Assembly: GCA_973895155.1 (NCBI GenBank)
Contig: OZ316898.1
Location: 19,045,292-19,109,291 of the forward strand
Source of the DNA: Marsupella aquatica
Lineage: Eukaryota > Plantae > Marchantiophyta
Direction: 5' to 3'
DNA: 64,000 nt
The notes below the pieces were generated by a model. The model was not told where the DNA came from and searched no databases. It was given only the letters and a program-made list of their open reading frames with translations. Shown in pieces: positions 50,511-62,400 of the stretch; the stretch's first letter is position 1; every line of letters starts with the position of its first letter. Position numbers and translations under genes: made by a program.

Positions 50511-51390
50511 TGAAGAGGCATGTCTCTTCGACCCTGTAACCTCTCACTCTGTAGATTTTGACTATAAGATAGCTTTGCCACTAGTGTAGTTTATGGTAAA
50601 GTTTAGCAATTTTTACCTTTCCTTGGTGTTCTGCCAGTTGATCATGAATGTTAAGATTTCGAGATCAAGCTTGACACCAGGAGAAGACTTTCCTCCTTCT
50701 TGTGGTTTAATCCTTTGAATAAATCATGGGAAGTAAAATTCCAATTGTGTAAATCTTATGAGATCTGATGACAGATTCCTCTTTGGTGACTCATTACAAT
50801 CTCCTGAGTTCTTGGAGTTAACTCACTGAGTTTAAGTCTTATTTGAAATTGATGGATTTTCTTTCATGTTGCTTAGTACCATCTAAATGTTGAAGTAGCT
50901 ACCTTTTAGATCTTATCTGAGTACCACTTAGAAAGAAAGGATAAGACATGTTGACGGCATTTTAAAAGGTACTCTAGTAAGCAATTTAGATCTGAAAAGC
51001 AATATGGATTTGTATCCTTAAGTCTTTTCATTTTGACTTATGTCTAAGGAGTAACCTTGGAAAATTCCAGACTCCCTTAGCATACTTTGAGATATTTTTC
51101 CTTGTGTTTTGTTAATCATTCCTTTTTCATTAATTTATGGTTACATGATGCTGAGTTGTCATTAAAAACCACTCACCGCTGTGGAGCGATCTTCAAAATA
51201 CCTTAGTAAAGTAATCAATCCTGATTACTATGTGTTAAAGAGAGTTCTTAAACTCTCATTTGTGTTTTTATGTATCAAATCAACCCCATCTTGTTCTTTA
51301 TGGGAACGAATACCGAGTTTGAAGACCTTTAAGTGTGTTTTTGGTTCTTCATAGCAAACTACATGAGATTTTTGGCGCCGCTGCCGGGGA
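50511..51390 (+). mobile_element. LTR-like segment followed by an Athila-type PBS
   Basis: A short purine tract GAGGGGTA precedes TGAAGA...TCTTCA (50511-51351). PBS TGGCGCCGCTGCCGGGGA at 51373-51390 is one mismatch from the tRNA-Asp PBS of Athila elements. The LTR 3' boundary is uncertain. Confidence 0.6.
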
Positions 51391-51831
51391 ACAAATCAAG
51401 GTTGGTTTGAAGTATAGGCAGTGAATGCCAAAAAAGAGGTTGATTCAGTGAATGTTGGAATAATCAAAAGAAAGGTGGAAGTTGACCATGGAATCCCAAG
51501 GAGAATGGGAGTTCCCTCCATTAGAAATTTGATCTTTCACAATGGAAAATGCACCAGAGGCATTTAGGGAGAGATTTGGAGGTGAAACCCCTTCCTCAAT
51601 TTTGGAAAGAAAGAGAAAAGCTAAGGCCAAGAAGGAAAGACAAAATGGGGCTTAGTAGGGGAATATTCTTCCCAAGAAAGAGATGGTGAGGAAATGCAGA
51701 CCTCAGAAAAGAGAAAGAGCCTTGATTAGGTCAAGGGATAATCAAACACACACGATTATCAGTGCCACTGCACGAGAGAGAACAACTATTTTGAGAAGGC
51801 AAGTGACCAACCAAAAAGGAGGAAGCTACTT

Positions 51832-52542
51832 TTGGGGTGGCGAATTGGTAAAGGGGACTCCTGGGACACCAATATTCTGTATGATTGTGTATTTGTTTTC
51901 AGAAGAGCCATAGATGGAAGACTGGAATTGATTGAAGCCACTCAAGATGAGGAATTTGATGCCAATTTTATTTCCCCCTTACTAAAAGAACATGACATTA
52001 AGGAGGAAATATTGGAGGAGGAACTTGAGCATCAATTAAGGGAAACGTTGGATAAGTTAAAAGGGAATCCATTGTGGAGAAACCAACTTGATTATGTTTT
52101 AACAGAGTTTTACCAGAACAATCCCAATTTAATACTTAGGGAGGAAAGACCAGTTATGACCTCCAATAGAAAAGAGTTGGTTGACACTTGTAAATGGCAT
52201 GCCGGAAGTGGATGGGTTCCGTTGAAATGGGAAGAGGCAACTACCCAAAGGACATCCTTTAAGTGGACCATCCCACTCCCTCACTGCTCTGAATTGACTG
52301 ATGTAATGGTCTTTAAGAGAGTTTGGATTGATGATGAGGAATACAAGTTGCAGCCCATTAAGGAAGAACATGATTTAGAATTTTTAATAAGCAAGAATGG
52401 GCAAATTAGTAACCGGGTTACTGAAGAAGAAGAACTAAGAATTAAAGAGGTGTTGGAAAAATTGCACCTTGTTGAAAACCCTTGGGTGGATGCCCTGGAC
52501 ACTCTAGAAAATTTGTTGAATAACTACCGGACCTCAGCATAA
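51832..52542 (+). CDS. Unknown acidic ORF between the PBS and gag (retroelement 5' extra ORF?)
   Basis: 236-aa open frame, Glu/Leu-rich, with no recognised domain. Assigned on position only. Confidence 0.35.
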   Translation: MGWRIGKGDSWDTNILYDCVFVFRRAIDGRLELIEATQDEEFDANFISPLLKEHDIKEEILEEELEHQLRETLDKLKGNPLWRNQLDYVLTEFYQNNPNLILREERPVMTSNRKELVDTCKWHAGSGWVPLKWEEATTQRTSFKWTIPLPHCSELTDVMVFKRVWIDDEEYKLQPIKEEHDLEFLISKNGQISNRVTEEEELRIKEVLEKLHLVENPWVDALDTLENLLNNYRTSA

Positions 52543-53295
52543 AAGAGGACAACAGAGGAGGGGATTTCCCCGAATTAAAACCTTGATTTCCACTTTGAAT
52601 AAGCAATTTGGTGAAATAATTGAAATACCCCCGATCAGGTCTTTAGGCACTTTGAGAGTAAGGAATTTGCATAATCGGTATGTTCAAACATGGGTACTGT
52701 CCCTAAGAGGACGAAGGGGTGTCCATTGGTTATCTATTACCTGGTGGGAAGGAGGCATTTTGCACCTGGTTATTTTAAAGTTAAATGGTAGAATTACAGG
52801 AGAAGAGTACGTTCATCATTTCTATACAAGAATTAGCTAGATCCTTGCTTCAAAGGCAAATTAGGAGGCACAGATAAGATTAATTAGGTCAAGAAATTTG
52901 TTAAAGTACACCTACTCTCCTAAAAAGGGGCGCTGCCGAGAACTGAAGGGACGGCATTACGAGTAAGCCTATACGTATTTTTTAGAGTTGAAGTTTTACG
53001 AGTAAACGTACTCGAGTAAGGGTATAATAGTTGACGACTTACGAGTTGAAGAGTTGCGATGGTGCGGGCGCGCCACTTCGACACTTGACCACTCGTTGCG
53101 ACTGTTGGGGCATACACCCCCTGAAGGTTACGAGAAGAGGCGCCATCAAGGGTCACGACGGTGCGCAAGGGTACCAGCAGGAGGAACAACGGAAGAACGC
53201 GACCCCTCCATGCAAACTTAGACTCCCAAAGGAAACCAGAGTTAGCCCCAAACCATTAACTCGCTTCTGAAGATTTCCGTCTTTCAGGATGAGGT

Positions 53296-54863
53296 ATGTC
53301 TGATAAAGGGAAGCGAAGTTGGAGATTAAGACAAGAAGAAAAAGCAGGATCAGAAGCCCCACCAACTCCCCTTAATCCTAGGGGACTATTACCCGAATTC
53401 CAATCCCAAGATTACCCAACACCGGGAAATGTAGCAGAGCGAGTTACCCTCATCCAACGAAATGAAATAGAAGGAACAGTAGACAAACCTGCAACAAGTC
53501 GACCAACAATTTATAAATTACGCTCTAGGGATGTCCAATACATCTCACCCAAGCCTAAGAAAAAAGAAGTGGACATAGCCAAACCACTGAGAAGAACACA
53601 AAGCTTGGATGAATATGAGGGAACACCTGCGTTTCAGATAATTGGAACAGACAAAATTACCAATACAAGGCATGAAAGCATAATTGAAGGGGGAATTCAG
53701 AAAATTGAATCTTTAAAATTTAATTCTGACTCACCTTTACTTCAGAGAACGCCTATTGAAGAATCTGTCAAATTAGCAGAAGTTCTACCCTCGCTTGGTT
53801 ATGGAAGTGCAAGCAGCAGCTTAAGTGCGATAAGCACTCCAAATTCCGTAAATTCAATTTCACCATTGCAAGGAACCCCACAATGGATGGTGTAACCCTA
53901 AACTCCCACCCACCATACGAAACAATGTGTGGTGTACACGCTGTAATAATCAAGGACACTATCACCATGAGTGCCCCTCATTGCAACGAGCTGTCAATTA
54001 TGGAGAAGAGGAAGAGTTATTAGACTATGGAGATATCTATGCTGTCCAAGCACCGTTTGCAGGGCAATACTTTCCTCCTGCTGCGGGACCGACTTCATGG
54101 GCCCAACAAAAATCAGCAGGACCTTCCTCATTTAATCGGTCTATACCAAGACCACCGATGGGACCTCCTGGAGGCTATCCACCCAGAGGAGCACCAAGAG
54201 TACAAGGGACCTGCTATAATTGTGGGCAACCAGGGCATTACTCACCAGAATGTCCATATCCAAAGAGAGAAGTGGGGTACACACCAATTTGTGGCAACTG
54301 TGGAAAGGAAGGTCATCTCCCTGTGGAATGCCCAAATCCTCCGAAACCCAAGATGATGGTAAGATTTGCTAAAGAGCCTGTGAAGGACGCACCCAGACCT
54401 GAAGAAGTAAGGATGATATATAGCCAAGGAAATCTGGAGCAATGCAGTCATGTGACCATAGAAGCGGAGTCTGAGGAGGAGGTGCATAATATTTATGCCC
54501 AAAGTCTATCAGGCACTATTCTGGATGTTGATTTGGAGCACTTAGTACAAGACCATGTTGTGGGAATGCCCAACCTACGGGTCCAAGAACGAGACCGTGT
54601 TTTGGAAACTTACGCCACTACCAGATCCAAGTCTCATCATTAGAAGAAGCACGGTGAGGATGGTTCTAAGCGGAAGAAATCATCCAAAAAGAAGAGAAAA
54701 ACAAGGATACCGACAGAGGAAGGTATCCCAAAAGAGGACACTCCTACTGGTCGTTGGTGGAGTGCTGTCACCACTCCTCCTACTCACAGGGTTGACCAAA
54801 CCGTGCAAGGATTCCTTAGACACTTCTTGGGGAAAGAACACAATCTTGAACCAGAAAAAATAA
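53296..54863 (+). pseudogene. Gypsy gag remnant with internal deletion and three CCHC zinc knuckles
   Basis: An N-terminal low-complexity ORF (53296-53895) abuts CTRCNNQGHYHHEC, CYNCGQPGHYSPEC and CGNCGKEGHLPVEC (53927-54643). No capsid domain lies between them and no pol follows. Confidence 0.75.
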
Positions 54864-54879
54864 CGCCACACCAAAACTT

Positions 54880-56978
54880 GAGGAATCAAACCAAATCCAT
54901 ATCTTTTGGCAAAACGTCGTAACATATTCCAAGGACAACCCGGTCTCCTACCGTCTGCCCAACTACTGCCTCACTGGGGCAAGTGCTACACCTCTACCTC
55001 ACTACTCTGGCTTGATTCCCTCTTCTGGCTATGAGCTAACTTCCCTAAGCAAACACTAGACTGAGTCCCCCCTAACTACTCCGGGGCTCTCCCCCTAAAT
55101 ACCAAAAAACACACCAAAGCACCCCCCACGGGGCCACAACGATGGCGCTTACCCTAGCGGCGCCGCTAAACCCTTCACTAAGAAACCCCTAAACTAAAAG
55201 CATGCGGCACACACATGCTTCTAAAACCCTAAACCCTAAACTAACAATGGGTCGACGGTGCCTTCGACGGCGCCCCAACATTACTCAGTGAACCGTGAAA
55301 TTGCAAGGAACCCCACAATGGCCGAAACTAGGTGCCCTTCCACTTGCACTTCTGAGTTCACCCCTGGATAGCCCCCCTTCTCCTGATCATGAATCACTCA
55401 ATCGCTCTTGAAACGGACATCGGACGACCAAGTTATGGCCGTTTCAGTATCCCGTAAACCCAACTTCGCCGGACCCTAACTTGCTCATCCTGGCTCCGTT
55501 TGAGGAGCGCCGCCTCTTGTTGGAATCAGCTCCGCGAGCTCTTTCCAACAAGCCCGTGAGTGACCCCTCACAAAAAATTTGGAAAGTCAAGGGGCCGTAC
55601 AACCACGTCCGTACGGCCACCCTAGTCCTCCTCCTCACTCACTCACGGTGCCATGGCTTGAGCCTCGTGAGTTGGTCTCCTCATCAGTCCTCCTCCTCCT
55701 CACTCATGGTGCCCTGACTTGAGCCCCGATCCTCTTGTTCGCCACCACCGGTTCGTTGTAAAGGAGGGGGCCCCTGTAATTGGCGAAACTAAAATTTTCT
55801 CAGAATTCACTTCTGAAAACATATCTGAGAAGCCCTCCTCTTCCTGATCACGGCTCCATAAACGGTGCACAAAACGGAAGTCAAACGGCCAAGATATGAT
55901 TGTTTAAGTTTTTACGGGGCACCGTCTCCCTTCGTTTCGTCCGTACAACACGTTTCCCCTGGCTTTGAAAAACACGGATCACGGTTTCCCCGTATGTGCT
56001 ACTACCTCCTCCTTCCCTTGCAAAGCCGGGACCTCCTTCCGTACGGACGTCCGTACGGCCTCAAACCCTCATATTTTCAAAAAACGCGATTTGTCGTATC
56101 TCCCCCATCTTAGTTCCGTTTCGGCCGTGTGACATATCGTTAGATTCAGCTCGGCGAGCTCTTTCCAACAAGCCCATAGACTCTTGATTTTGAGATGGCC
56201 AAAAATCTAATATTCGTACAACCAGGGTCCGTACACACGTTGAAAGCAAGCACAAGAGGGAAAGGGTTTAGGGTTTAGGTATGGATGGAAACCCCACAAG
56301 TGAGAATAGAGAAAAAGGGAAGGAAGAAAGTGTGAGGGCCCCTTCTACGGTGGCCCTTCTACGGTGGGGAAGGGAAAGAGAGCAAAAAAAACATGTGAGG
56401 ACCACACAAAGGGTGAAGGGGAACACAAGTGTGGGAACCCCTTCCTTCTAAGGGCCCTCCCACCATCACTATTCCAAGATTGTCTAGTTTGTCATTTTAT
56501 GGGCGTTGAGGTCCCTTGAGATGTCACTGTTTGATATTGACCTAAAATCAACTAGAGAACCTCAGTTTCGCATGGGGCTCATTGAGGGCTTCAAAATGAA
56601 TCCAAACATGACCATGTTTGGAATAGTACTAGTGCAGCAACGTCTGTTTTAAGTTTCAACATTTTCTATATTTTGGTCATTCTTTCCGTTTTGCGCCTTA
56701 TGTGGAGCCTCCGACCAGCCCCCACCCCTCCAAGATGCCCACACCTTGGCTCCAAGTCCTTGGGCTGCCTTGTGGCCTCCTTGTACCCCCTCAATGGTTC
56801 CCTTGTCATACATCACCGCCCAACACCCCTCTCAACTGCAGTCGCATCCATTTATTAGAACTAACAAAAATAAAAAATTTGAAAATCCAAACACTTTCAT
56901 TACACCTACTTGTCTTTCTACTTATATACGCAATTATAAGTCATCACTAAGTTACTATTGGGTTTGGGGCCCTGTCAC
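54880..56978. mobile_element. LTR-like repetitive segment (possible solo LTR) with an internal duplicated module
   Basis: Ends in GGGGCCCTGTCACA, an LTR-type terminus. CAGCTC..CGAGCTCTTTCCAACAAGCCC (~55527 and ~56147) and the CACTTCTGA...CCTGATCA module are both duplicated. The left boundary is uncertain. Confidence 0.45.
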
Positions 56979-59306
56979 ATGCACTCTCAAAGTTGCAGCG
57001 GCACACAAAGAATCAGTGTTTTTGCACAGAAAAGACCGTGGTGAGCCTGGTGTGCATGATTGACTGCTGGATGATGGCATTAAAGTCTGTTTTGTGCTGC
57101 ATATTCTGCCCACGTTTCTAAGCAACATTTTTTGCCCTGGTCTTTTGCCACAATCTTTTTGGCCTCGTTTCTACGCAGCATTTTGGAGCTAGCCGCCCTG
57201 CAGCATACGTAGGTGGAGCACAGTGAGCTTCACTTTCGATCAAGAGTCTGGTTTTCAGTGGCGGAACTTGACTACCTTAGCACTGAGTTCTGGCGTCGCT
57301 GACTCCGACGCCAAGCTCCGTTATGGTCCAGGCCCGGATAGACCATCCGGGGAGGACTTAGTATGGGGAAACTTGTGGACAATGGGATGTGGCACTAGCG
57401 AAGGCAAGGCGCCAAGCTGGTGGCACACACCAAGGACTTAGACTAGCTAAGTGTTGGTCGGGTCAAGGGGAAAGGGGCCGGGCTCAAGGTCAACCGTCCG
57501 GACCCCCAGACGGACTTTGAGTTCTGAGAGCTTGAGTGAGAGCTCCTCTTGGGCCCAAGGCCAATGGAGTTGATGCCAACGGACGCTTGGGGCATGAGTT
57601 ATGGCCCAATCCGGGTTTGGCTGATTGGGGGCCCCGAGCGGCGATGAGATCTGAGGGCCTAAGCATGAGCACCGGGTTGGCCCAATCACAATGGGCTAAA
57701 GCACTCCGCTTGCGGACGCCTAACTAGGAAATTATGGACGTTGTCCGTTGGTGGTGCTCCCAGACATGCGGGATAGGATCCGGGTTGTGGACCAAAAAGT
57801 TGAGGACCAAAGTTGGTTCGGGGGTGGCACGTCTCACTCTAGAAGCATATATGAGGGGAGTGGTGTCACCGTGGGGGCTAAGGGTGAGCCAAAGTCATGA
57901 GCCGCGGCTGTTGCGACACTACAGGAAAATGCCAAACAGAAACGGTGATAACTTCTCAACGGGAATTCCATTGGAGAACTTATTGGGTGCGTTGGAAAGC
58001 TCTCAAGGACGGATACATCCTCTTGAGCTTAGCTGGGTTTGGGGGCTCCATAGGTTCTCAAGGTTTGCGGGGGCTATCTCATCCGCTTGCCAAATAGCAG
58101 CCAAATAGCAGCCAAGCTGCGTTTAGTCTCTCAAGGGAGCTTTGCGTTGGGGAGACAAGGCCAAGTAGGCATGGAGGTTGAGTTCCAAGGGCACTTGGCC
58201 CCTAGACCATCAGCGGGGCAAGAACCGGGAGTTGGTTGCTAAAGTTGGGGCCATTATGATCCCAGCATGTTGGGACAAGCTTTAGGATAAGCTACGCTAT
58301 TTGGGCCATGAGCATGTCCTGGGGGCAGGGCAGTCAGTTAGTGATGGAAAAGTACAAGGGGGAACCCGGGCTGCGCCCAAGGAAGGAGTTGTTCTGGACA
58401 AACAACGGGCGTTAGTTCTGGTTCCGGCTTATGGCATCGGGAGGACCTATCGCTGATCTACTTACCAATGTCTGTTGAGCTTGAGCTAGGATGCTAGACT
58501 TGGGGAGATCTAGATCCTGAAGGGTTACTTACCGAAACATTTGGTAGCTTGTGCAGACAATGAGGACCGTTGAGTAGCGGTCGTGTTGGAGAACAAGTGC
58601 AGCTTCGTATGGGAGGGGCCGTTGGTGGTGCAAGGGGCACAAGGTTGTTTGCTCAAGGTATTCCGTGGAGGCGTTCGGGCACCACGGGCACTTAGGCGTG
58701 GTTGCTGGGATTGGTGAGGGCACTGGGTGGCAAGATCCACCACTTTTTCTAAGCTCATTCCTGAGCAAGTATCACAATCTGCGACCAAGGAGGGTAAGAG
58801 CGGCCATGGCAATGTGGACCATTGTTGTTAAGGCAATTGTAGTATGCATTTGGCTGGCATTTGCACTACTTACCTCAATCTTTCGATTCATTGCAAAGGG
58901 GTTGGATATTGCTACAGAGTATCTAAATGGTTGTGTGAAGAGTTTTGATTACATAGATGCAGCATTCCACGACACTGCACCTGAAACCCCTCCAGAATTT
59001 TGAGTCACCTCAGCAAAGGAGAAGTGGAAAGAGAAGTGGAGAGCTTTGACAGGATGAAGTTAGAGGTTCAAGAAGCATTACCAATGCCTTCCGCAGCAAT
59101 AGCAGCAACTTGCTTTGGAGATGTTCAAGAGCTTAGGACAATTTCAGCTTCAATGGGCCCTGTGATCCCGGTTGAGTATGTCAATGGCTCCCCTCTTAAA
59201 TGTTTAATCTTTCATTCACTCCTGAGTGAATTCGAGAGTGAATTCTCTTTTTTCTAATGAAAGTGTGAGAAATGAGTTTGAACAATGTGCACATCTGGTG
59301 TACTAA

Positions 59307-59666
59307 GGGTGGCTTTACAAGAACTTGGGGGCAGCAATTCCTTTTTTTGTGAAAGATGCAATCCTAGCCATCCATATGTGGGAACCAAAAGCATTACTGA
59401 ACCTACTCATCTGTCAGTGGGCCCCTTGTGGGTCCCTTTTTTTGCTGAGGTGTGCAAGCTTTTTTGGTAAAAAACTTAGACCTCCTCTTGCGGTGGTCTA
59501 AAAACTTGGAGCAAACGACCTCTTATTTTCAGGGAATTGCATTGATTGCTTCCAAACTTGACACATATTGGCTCAGGCCATTTAACTTTTGTGGAAGGAA
59601 ATGGACATCAGCTTTGCCCTGGATGGAGAGAGACTGAACGACCCCAACCTTGTTGTAAAGCCCCCC
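59307..59666. mobile_element. Tourist/PIF-Harbinger MITE, 360 bp
   Basis: TIRs are GGGTGGCTTTACAAGAA / TTGTTGTAAAGCCCCCC, with TAA TSD at 59304-06 and 59667-69. The empty site GTACTAAGTTCCCCT is present in the paralogous repeat at ~26289. Confidence 0.9.
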
Positions 59667-59931
59667 TAAGTTCCCCTACTAGTGATCTCCTTTACAAAAT
59701 TTGTGGTTTTCAATGAGTTCATTATTATTACCTAGAAGCAAGTGAACAGCTGTGTGTCCTGCATGTGCACAACTCTTTAGTACCTTTGTACTTTCTTGGT
59801 CATAACCTGTTTTTTTTTTGCATGTGTATTTATGGTTTTGTGTGTTATGGCACTCACTCTTAATAAAGAGATATTAATTTCTTGGCATATACTTTATATG
59901 TACCTAGTTAGCTACTTCGTTTATCATAAAA

Positions 59932-61356
59932 CTAGCCCCATGCCAGTGCGTTACACAAAAGATGTCAAGGTGAAGAAAAGATATTGAAATGAAAAAGATG
60001 TCGAGGTGAGAAAAAGAAATTGAGGTGAATAAAGATGTTAAGGTGAGGAAAAGATGTTGAGGAGAGAAAAGTTATTATAATGATATATTAAAGATGCTAA
60101 GGCAAGAAAAAGATGGCGAGATGAAATTAAAGAAGTCGAGGAGAGAAAAGATGGAAAGGTGAGAAAAAGATTTTAGAGTGAGGAAAAGATCTAGAGGGAA
60201 AAAAGATGTCGCAATGAGATAAAGATGTGAAGGTGAGAAAAATATGGTGAATTGAGATAGAAGATGTCCAGAGAAAAATGTGGCGAGATGAGAAAAAGAT
60301 AGAATGTTGAGGTGAGAAAAAATGTGGAGGAGAGAAAATGATGTTGCGGAGTGCAAAAGAAGTCGAGGGGAGAAAAATGTCATGCTACTCATGACTGAGA
60401 GAAAATGGATGTATAGGTGAACCTGATTGTGCAAAAAAAAAATTTGATAGAGGGCAGAATTTTCTCTCTCCTATTTTTCATTTTGTAAAGAATGAAGAAT
60501 ATTTATTTATTTTGTTGGGGGGGGGGGGGTTGGGGTCTATTATTGTGTTTGATATGATGAGTCTTTTGATTTCTTCATTTCTTATTACCAAGGTTGTATT
60601 TTTTTTCTCTTTGTCAAACAGTAAGTTTATTCTGATTTTATTGTTATTTGTACAAAGGAAAAATTGAAAGATGGATAGAATAGAACTGACAATTTCACAT
60701 TAATTGTTTTTAAATCAAAATAGATTTTCAATTACTCTACATTCATTATTGATTTGTAGTCTAGATCCAAAAAAACACTTGTCATCAAAGGAATCCCAGG
60801 CATGCACGGAGGGGAGGACATCATGAGGGTACAATTTTACATGAATTGTTTTAATATGAAAATTGTTTTCTAATTATTCTACATTCATGATTGATGTGCA
60901 TTCAAAAGGTGAATATGGGTAGTAAGTCATATACAATAGAGCCAAAAACTTGTCATGAAGGAGTGTCATGCATGAGGACAGGCATGCATGGAGAGTTAGG
61001 AGGTACTGTACCCTCACCAGGAGTGTAAGAAAAGTACCTTCTGTTGTACCTGGCAGTCAAGTGCGTCAGTGCGTGGGAGGGCAAGGAGGGGAGCCTCCGA
61101 CAGTACCTGTTGTACCGGCTGATGATTATCCCCACATTAATGGCCGATGCAAGGCGTAGAGGCGTAGGATAGAGCGAGGCCACGGAATGATGGACAGTAT
61201 TGCGGGGCGTGGGAGGCCTCGCAAGGGAGGGTGAGCACTGATCAAGTGGATACAAAAAATACCCCAAAATATCTAACGGTCAATTTTGATTCCCGCCAAT
61301 ATTGGATTTAGTAACGGGATGAAGGACTGAAATGGCGGGAATATTATAGTTGTAGA
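59932..61356 (-). mobile_element. Complete non-autonomous Helitron, 1425 bp
   Basis: On the minus strand it starts A|TCTACAACTATAAT (61356) and ends with a hairpin (GTGTAACGCAC) plus CTAG|T (59932), with no TSD. The flanks rejoin to match the uninterrupted repeat at ~26500-26600. It contains an internal AAAAGATG minisatellite. Confidence 0.85.
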
Positions 61357-61779
61357 TTACATATCACTACAAGACAAAAAAGAGGCATGTTCCAAGATGA
61401 ACATGCTATATCACGCAAGTTTCAGTCAAGTTTTTAATTTGGCATTACAAACAGAATATCTGAAGCTGGCCACGTTGTCGAGTGTACCCAAAAACAATAA
61501 TGATCCACAGTACTCAATAACACTAGCTCAATGCTGTCGCTGCTGCTACTTCTTGTGCGCACAAACAATCATTCCAAACAACCTGCATTCGACAACTCTT
61601 AGAATTTCCAAGCATGACACAACTCAGAAAGTTTTGGAAGTTTCCAAGTCTTTCAATTTCTCTCCTCTATATCATTCAAGATCGTAGTGCTTGACTCTCT
61701 ATATGTACATCATACTTGCTCCCCTTCAATAATTGTACATGTAATTAATTCCATCTCATCCAATGTTTTGATTACAGAA

Positions 61780-62400
61780 GTCCATTGTGCGAAAGGTTGC
61801 TCGACCAGTACTACCTAGCCTGTGGTCAAGAGGGAGGTTGAGGTACCAAAGGAGGCAATATGGTACTAGCTCAAGAAATGAGACAAACAAGACTGAGAAT
61901 GTCATTGAGATCTGGTTGAGCATAATCACTACCAAGGCTGGGCACACTTCCAAAAGGTTGGCTTGGGACACGTCCCAAAATATGTGCACACTAACATTTG
62001 GCTCACCTTTAGCCTTCCAAAACTTGTGGGCACACTTCCAAATTAAGGATCTATAAACCTTTCAATCTCATCAAAATAATCCTGGCCATTCCATGTGACT
62101 TACATTTTGGTCATTTTGGAATATCCTGACTGTAGGAAAAAGGAGGAGGTCCTTTACGAGGAGAAAATGACGATCCTTTTGTACCCCTCAAACTTGCAGT
62201 TGACCTTGTTTCATTGAGTGGCCGGTTACCATTTTTCATGATTGAAGCCAATTACTGAAGTCATCCAATCTGAGGTTAATATTCAGTTAGTACAAACGAG
62301 AGGACCAGGGAGAGGACACAAACATAAAGCAATCATTCCGGAGAATGTAGCCTGGGAGAGAAAAATTGTGATAGGAGCACAAGACCTTCCAGACAGTTCT
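61780..62400 (+). pseudogene. Highly degenerate chromovirus integrase C-terminus plus chromodomain remnant
   Basis: Fragments resemble the GPY/F region (PSK...FQI), PFHVTY (HPVFHVS-like) and PENVAWE...GAQDL (chromodomain TWE motif). Many frameshifts. Confidence 0.4.

Noticed and set aside
46591-51351. 46591-47530 and 50511-51351 as the paired LTRs of one element
   Set aside because: They share only short patches, far less identity than the mild decay of the enclosed ORF implies. There is no PBS after the first segment and no TSD was found.
51373-51390. tRNA-complementary sequence as a tRNA gene
   Set aside because: Only 18 nt are complementary to a tRNA 3' end, so this is a retroelement PBS.
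58360-59000. Possible chromodomain or host gene in the ORFs at 58360-59003
   Set aside because: The similarity is too degenerate to support a call. It is probably decayed retroelement sequence.
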